NCBI GenBank assembly: GCA_048882385.1
Contig: JBHLRQ010000048.1
Location: 1 to 22,309 of the forward strand
Reading direction: 5' to 3'
Length of the DNA: 22,309 nt
Source: Candidatus Thorarchaeota archaeon
GTDB taxonomy: Archaea; Asgardarchaeota; Thorarchaeia; Thorarchaeales; Thorarchaeaceae
Below are positions 17,387 to 22,309 of the stretch, piece by piece. The position numbers and the translations under genes are program-made. The notes beneath the pieces are model-generated. The model was not told the origin of the DNA. It saw only the letters and a list, made by a program, of their open reading frames with translations, and searched no databases. The first letter of the stretch is position 1, and each line of letters opens with the position of its first letter.

Positions 17387-17499
17387 TATTTTTCAAGACC
17401 CCTGAAAAACAGATTGACTTCTGGTCCAATCTTAGGAACTATCCGTGTATTAGTTATTCCTACTGTTTCGAGATTGACAAAAAGCGGAGGGAATTCAAT

Positions 17500-18225
17500 T
17501 CAAGAGAGATAGAAGTTTCTATCTTTTGTAGATTGCATACTTTCGCGTCTTCTTTGGTCGTCAAATTTTCCAACGCAGGCACCCCCGAGAATCAAAACAA
17601 AACAGAATATGCTAACCACAAACTGAAGTGTGCTCCATGTCGTGATCTCAGGAATGAAAGAAGTAAGAACTGGTTGATTGACCAAGATGTGAATATAGTC
17701 TTGTCCCAACGAAACATCATCCTCATAGAATGTGTTGTTTACCGTAACACTGTATACTCCCGGTGCAATAGCTATACTTCTTGTAACTCCTCCATAGATG
17801 TCAAGAACATCGTCTGTTACATTTATGAATAGAGAATCAACCAACTCACCATCCTGCGAGAAATTAGCGTAAACCTCAACATGTTGATTTGGTTCCAATC
17901 CTCGAGCAACTCTTACCTGAATCTCTTGTTCGTAAGCTATTCCCTCGTACACTCTGAATGTGGTTGAAAGATCGTAGTCCCCCATCGCTTGGTTTGAACC
18001 TTGATAATCAGACATTGGAATGGGAAGAGATGTCATTGCAATTATAATACAGACTGTGAAGGCTAACGATGGAATGAGGAAAGGTTTCCTCCAAACCGTA
18101 GTCTTCTTCAGATTACCTGACAGTATCCCTTTCCATACTGTCAAACCCGTAATAATCAATGTCACCATAAAAGAGAATTCCAACACAAGTATCAGACTAT
18201 CAAAAGCTGCTCCTAACTTAGTCAC
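17500..18225 (-). CDS. Hypothetical membrane protein (2 TM, extracytoplasmic beta-sandwich, TM, basic tail)
   Basis: 241-aa ORF with clear hydrophobic segments flanking a beta-rich domain (IAPGVYSVTV). Confidence 0.7.
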   Translation of the reverse strand: MTKLGAAFDSLILVLEFSFMVTLIITGLTVWKGILSGNLKKTTVWRKPFLIPSLAFTVCIIIAMTSLPIPMSDYQGSNQAMGDYDLSTTFRVYEGIAYEQEIQVRVARGLEPNQHVEVYANFSQDGELVDSLFINVTDDVLDIYGGVTRSIAIAPGVYSVTVNNTFYEDDVSLGQDYIHILVNQPVLTSFIPEITTWSTLQFVVSIFCFVLILGGACVGKFDDQRRRESMQSTKDRNFYLS

Positions 18226-18279
18226 CCTCTATCTTTATTATATTTGACAATGAATATCAACTTTAGGCATTTGATTAGT

Positions 18280-18470
18280 CTTAGTCGACTTGGATATGGC
18301 TTTGATGTCGTAGATCCTGCCCTCAACGAAGTCGCAACAAGGAACACAATCTTCTGGGTTCTGGATAACCATGGAGATATCCTTATCATATCTATGCTGA
18401 GGGCTTCACAAGAAATGAAGCCAAATTTGTAGCAATGAAGAGAGTCAAGACCTGATCTTATCTCTCATGC
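18280..18470 (-). pseudogene. Possible decayed 2[4Fe-4S] ferredoxin gene
   Basis: One minus frame reads GLDSLHCYKFG, with CxxCxxCxxxC spacing and codons GGT/TCT/TGC/GGC. A shifted frame reads MVIQNPEDCVPCCDFVEGRIYDIKAIS. No intact ORF spans both. Confidence 0.35.
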
Positions 18471-18511
18471 AGTTTGCATCTCACTGAGTAGACAGCATCT
18501 CATGGAGCTAA

Positions 18512-19180
18512 TTAAGGTTGGATTGTGAATTCCTCACCTTCTTTCAATGATACAAACTGTGTTTCCATATCCGATATTCCTGTCTTGAATTCTTCAACAC
18601 TCTTATCCCAGGTATGCATTGGAATGACAACTCCTGGTCTAATTATCTGAGTAGCTTCTGCAGCATCTTTATTGTCCATGGTATATGTGTCTCCACATGG
18701 AAGAAGTGCCACATCTACGGGTCCCAAATCATTCATTTCAGGAATCACATCTGTGTCCCCAGCAAAATAGATGGTCTTGCCTTTGATAGTTAATAGATAA
18801 CCTACTCCATATCCCTTAGGGTGATATGGGTTTCCTGGTGATCGAAATCGCTTCGTATTGTAGGCATAGACTGCTTTGACTTCGATATCATGGAATGATG
18901 ACTTGTCACCGGGTTTTAATGACTCAAACGCATAATCGAGTTTTTCACCACAATTCTCAGGTGCCACAATTATGGTGTCATCAGTTCGAACTTCATTGAT
19001 TCCCTCAGGAAAACAGTGGTCATTGTGCGCATGTGTAATAAGCACCAATGATGCAGGTTCGAGATTTTCTGGAACTCTCTTTTTAAGCTGTTTTGATCTG
19101 TAGAGATCAAGATAGACCACTTTTTCACCGGATTTTATTTGGAAACTGGCATGACCTAACCATCGAATCTTTACTCCCAA
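18512..19180 (-). CDS. MBL-fold metallo-hydrolase (UPF0173/Lactamase_B_3-like)
   Basis: IRWLGHASF, LITHAHNDH (HxHxDH), HPKG.GVGY, IYFAGDT, DVALLP.G..YTM, VIPMH. The TTG at 19180 after GGTG is preferred over the track's GTG at 19240. Confidence 0.92.
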   Translation of the reverse strand: MGVKIRWLGHASFQIKSGEKVVYLDLYRSKQLKKRVPENLEPASLVLITHAHNDHCFPEGINEVRTDDTIIVAPENCGEKLDYAFESLKPGDKSSFHDIEVKAVYAYNTKRFRSPGNPYHPKGYGVGYLLTIKGKTIYFAGDTDVIPEMNDLGPVDVALLPCGDTYTMDNKDAAEATQIIRPGVVIPMHTWDKSVEEFKTGISDMETQFVSLKEGEEFTIQP

Positions 19181-19285
19181 GCTAAGCACCACTGTAGAAT
19201 TTACCAAATTTGCACATAACTGATTTGTTTCAATGTTCACAAAACTATAATTGAAAATTACTCATTATTGTTATAGGTTAGGAGA

Positions 19286-22111
19286 TTGAAGTCCATGCAG
19301 AAAGGACGCCTTCAGAAGCACCGAGGATCAGCATTGTTACTTGTCTTCCTATTAGGGATAATGTTGTTCTTCTCTGTGCCAGAAGTTACAAGTACTCGTC
19401 AAAATATTCAGAAATCAGAATCTACTGAGTATTTGATATCAAAGCCTGTGTTAGATAGCATAGATAAACCTAGTTGGGCGTTTCCACTTGGCGAAATACG
19501 TTCTGATTTTCAATGGGCGTTTAAAGACAGCGGGGTTAGAGAAATCAGTTTCCCAATTACGATGGTGCTTGATTTAGATCCGTTTGGAACGCCTCATGGT
19601 CCAATCTACATTGATGAGAACAGTGATTTTGAAACACAAGGTTGGCCTGGCGAGGGTTCTGTTGAACAGCCCTACATAATTTCTGACCTTAACATAAACT
19701 CGACTTCAATTGGAGGTCCTGCCATTAATATCACAAATACAGACGTTCATTTCTTCATCAAGGATTGTTGGCTGACTGCGAATGAAACCACAGTGATTGA
19801 ACTCAACTCGGTGAGTCATGGTCGTGTAAAGAACAACACGATCCTTGATAGTGAGAGAGGAGTTGTCGCGCAAAACTCGGATGATCTAACAATCTTCGAT
19901 AATCTGTTCTACAGCTTTAGTTGGGCTGGAGTCTACTTGGAGGATTGTTTACTTGCAAAGCTTGACAACAATAATTGTACCACCTGCTTTGTAGGAATAC
20001 ATGTGGAGCAATCTTCCTATATCACAATAGAAGACAACTATGGCTATGGATGTCTAAGCGCCATCGAAGTCTACTTAAACTGTGAATCTGTCACTGTCTA
20101 CAATAACACTGCAATAAGTAATGATGTGGGAATTGGAGTATATTTAGACTGTCGAAACAACATCATCAATGCAAACAACTGTACGCAGAACAACATTGGA
20201 ATCTTGTCAGAGAACAGTTACGAGAATGATGTTACAAACAACTTTGGTCGACTCAATTATGCAGATATCCTGCTTGAAAACTGTACTTCATACACAATTA
20301 CTGGAAACAATGGCGGAATGGGAGTTTTTGACATGTTCGGTTCGATAACCCTCATCAACTCCAACAGTACTTACATCTCTAGCAACTATGTAGAAGATTA
20401 CTACATCGGGATAGAGCTTCGAGAAAACAGTTCTTACAACGAAGTTTCAAACAATACCTGTAGAATCTATGCTGGTGGAGTAGTGAGTTGGTATGATGCC
20501 CATCACAACACTATTTCAAACAACACATGTGATGGTCAAGGATTAGGTGAGGTGGACATCTACCTGGAGTACTCGCCATATTGTACAGTGTCAGAAAATA
20601 AATGCAATCAATCGATGTACAATATCCTTGCAGGGTATAGCAATCATACTGAGATCGTTGACAATGTGTGTGATCTTAGCTGGGACATTAGCGTAGGTTT
20701 TGATTCATCTGTATACGTTCTTGCGGAAGGTAACACTCTCACAAATGGTTCGAATACCGGAATTTATGCGGGGAATGGAGACTACATATCATTGGTCGAA
20801 AACAACATTCACACTTTCCCAGCAGACCAGGGTATTTATCTCGAGTCTGTTTCGAACTCTTCTATTGAAGGAAACACAATCACAGGATGTAGTTCAGCTA
20901 TCTATATCACACAATCTCATGAGTGTAACATAACTAGCAACTCATGTATTGACAACTATATTGGAATAGGAGTCGCTATCTCAAACAATAGAATCAGAGT
21001 CGAATCAAACTATGTTCATCTCACTCTTGCATATGCCCTCGCATTCGAAGACTCAACCGAGTGTGTAGCATCTCACAACACCTGTACAGACACCAGTGGA
21101 GTCAACGGTGTATGTCTCGTTATTTTCAATTCGCAGGTAGACATCTCTTGGAATAGTTTCAGCCTGAGCGACACTGGTATCAGTTTTCAAGGTGGTACGG
21201 GTGAAATCACACACAATACAATAGTGGATAATTCTATCCAAGGCATCCATCTCCTTGGAACAACCTCTGTCAATGTGACTTGGAATATTTTTGAAGACAA
21301 TGGGGAAAATGCCCGTGATGATGGCTCTCTGTCGTATTTTAGCTACAACTATTGGTCCAATTACACAGGGCTCGATACTAACGCTGATGGCTTTGGAGAT
21401 ACAATACATCCAATAGATGGAATCGCTGGCACAAACGATACACATCCGTTAGTGTATTATCCTACCTTGCCTGAATGGTTAGAGGCGCCAACAAATCAAG
21501 AAACTGAATATGCTCAGGACTTCTCATATACACTTGGCACTACTGCACCGGTGGAGTATGCACCTATTTTTGACTGGTGGATCAGTGATTCTACGTACTT
21601 CCAAATCATTGATGGAACGGTAACAAATCGATTGGAGCTTGACCTCAAGGAATATCCGTTGGAAGTACATGCGATTAATCTATACGGATTCGAACTTGTC
21701 GGGACTTTTTCAGTGATAGTTTTAGATACTATTGCTCCAACTATCGTAGGACCAGGTGAGTTTAGTTTCGTCTATGGTACGACTGGCCACGTTCTGAACT
21801 GGACCTTCTTTGATGAGGGGCCTGCTAGCTACAGTGTCTGGGTAGATGGCATTGCCAGATTTTCAGGAGAATGGCTGATGAACGGTCAGGTCTATGATTT
21901 ACATCTAGATCATCTGAATCTAGATGTTGGAGAACATGCGATAGAAGTGATTATCACCGATATCGGAGGAAATACAGCCTCAGATATTGTTAGTGTGACG
22001 GTGCTGGAACCTCCTGGTGACATGACCATACTATTCATAGCTATTGGTGCTAGCGGAGCCATTATTGCAGTCGTAGTTGTTATCTATATAGTACGGAAAA
22101 AAGGTGAATGA
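19286..22111 (+). CDS. Large cell-surface right-handed beta-helix (NosD/PbH1 repeat) glycoprotein with C-terminal Ig-like domains and TM anchor
   Basis: Signal peptide; PHGPIYI..NSDF..QGWPG.GS...PYII cap; many GIxL...N.I..N repeats; NYWSNYTG.D...DG.GD; DTIAPTI linker; TM helix and RKK tail. The start could also be the ATG at 19295. Confidence 0.9.
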   Translation: MKSMQKGRLQKHRGSALLLVFLLGIMLFFSVPEVTSTRQNIQKSESTEYLISKPVLDSIDKPSWAFPLGEIRSDFQWAFKDSGVREISFPITMVLDLDPFGTPHGPIYIDENSDFETQGWPGEGSVEQPYIISDLNINSTSIGGPAINITNTDVHFFIKDCWLTANETTVIELNSVSHGRVKNNTILDSERGVVAQNSDDLTIFDNLFYSFSWAGVYLEDCLLAKLDNNNCTTCFVGIHVEQSSYITIEDNYGYGCLSAIEVYLNCESVTVYNNTAISNDVGIGVYLDCRNNIINANNCTQNNIGILSENSYENDVTNNFGRLNYADILLENCTSYTITGNNGGMGVFDMFGSITLINSNSTYISSNYVEDYYIGIELRENSSYNEVSNNTCRIYAGGVVSWYDAHHNTISNNTCDGQGLGEVDIYLEYSPYCTVSENKCNQSMYNILAGYSNHTEIVDNVCDLSWDISVGFDSSVYVLAEGNTLTNGSNTGIYAGNGDYISLVENNIHTFPADQGIYLESVSNSSIEGNTITGCSSAIYITQSHECNITSNSCIDNYIGIGVAISNNRIRVESNYVHLTLAYALAFEDSTECVASHNTCTDTSGVNGVCLVIFNSQVDISWNSFSLSDTGISFQGGTGEITHNTIVDNSIQGIHLLGTTSVNVTWNIFEDNGENARDDGSLSYFSYNYWSNYTGLDTNADGFGDTIHPIDGIAGTNDTHPLVYYPTLPEWLEAPTNQETEYAQDFSYTLGTTAPVEYAPIFDWWISDSTYFQIIDGTVTNRLELDLKEYPLEVHAINLYGFELVGTFSVIVLDTIAPTIVGPGEFSFVYGTTGHVLNWTFFDEGPASYSVWVDGIARFSGEWLMNGQVYDLHLDHLNLDVGEHAIEVIITDIGGNTASDIVSVTVLEPPGDMTILFIAIGASGAIIAVVVVIYIVRKKGE

Positions 22112-22118
22112 TTGCTTG

Positions 22119-22150
22119 AGAGGGCCCTCACACCAGAGGGTCCTCTTCCA
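22119..22150. terminator. Stem-loop between convergent genes (possible bidirectional terminator)
   Basis: AGAGGGCCCTC-acacca-GAGGGTCCTCT (22119-22146), 11 bp with one G-U. Confidence 0.55.
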
Positions 22151-22162
22151 ATATATTGGAGC

Positions 22163-22309
22163 TCAGTCTATGATTACAGAAAGTCTACTTTTGTGGTAGA
22201 GAAACCAAACAACCCAGAGCCACCCAATTCCTGTGAAGGCAGTTGTAATCTCAGGTATTGAATTTCCAGTCCAGAATGGAAAGACACCTCCAAACCATCC
22301 AACCCACAT
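22163..22309 (-). CDS. 3' end of a membrane protein (possibly DUF998-like), truncated by the window edge
   Basis: Not in the track. Open minus frame ...MWVGWFGGVFPFWTGNSIPEITTAFTGIGWLWVVWFLYHKSRLSVIID, with TGA at 22165-22163. The family guess rests only on IPE preceding a final TM helix. Confidence 0.6.
   Translation of the reverse strand: MWVGWFGGVFPFWTGNSIPEITTAFTGIGWLWVVWFLYHKSRLSVIID

Noticed and set aside
18244-18432. 62-aa plus-strand ORF
   Set aside because: No SD or recognisable motif; the opposite strand carries the ferredoxin-like remnant.
19800-21400. AAC/AAT-rich periodicity as a DNA repeat or CRISPR array
   Set aside because: Explained by Asn-rich beta-helix protein repeats; no identical direct repeats with spacers.

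Overview
Gene-dense archaeal DNA that looks like Asgard archaea, most likely Thorarchaeia. This assignment is inferred from a longin protein, a Rab-like GTPase, GGAGG/GGTGA Shine-Dalgarno (SD) motifs, frequent TTG/GTG starts, and typical C-terminally anchored surface proteins. About 20 CDSs are supported, including two edge-truncated genes missing from the ORF track. I saw no rRNA, tRNA, CRISPR array or mobile element. The highlight is a three-gene cluster (831-3014): a longin + tandem winged-helix protein resembling the GATOR1 subunit NPRL2, a small unknown helical protein, and a Rab-like GTPase whose G3 glycine is replaced by serine (DLGSQ). Other notable items are a VAO/PCMH-like flavoprotein paired with an HdrD/GlcF-type Fe-S protein behind overlapping 5' hairpins, a membrane-anchored BPL_N/GATase pseudoenzyme, a GT-C glycosyltransferase with an extra N-terminal domain, and a probable decayed ferredoxin. 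All family calls come from motif recognition by eye; no searches were run.
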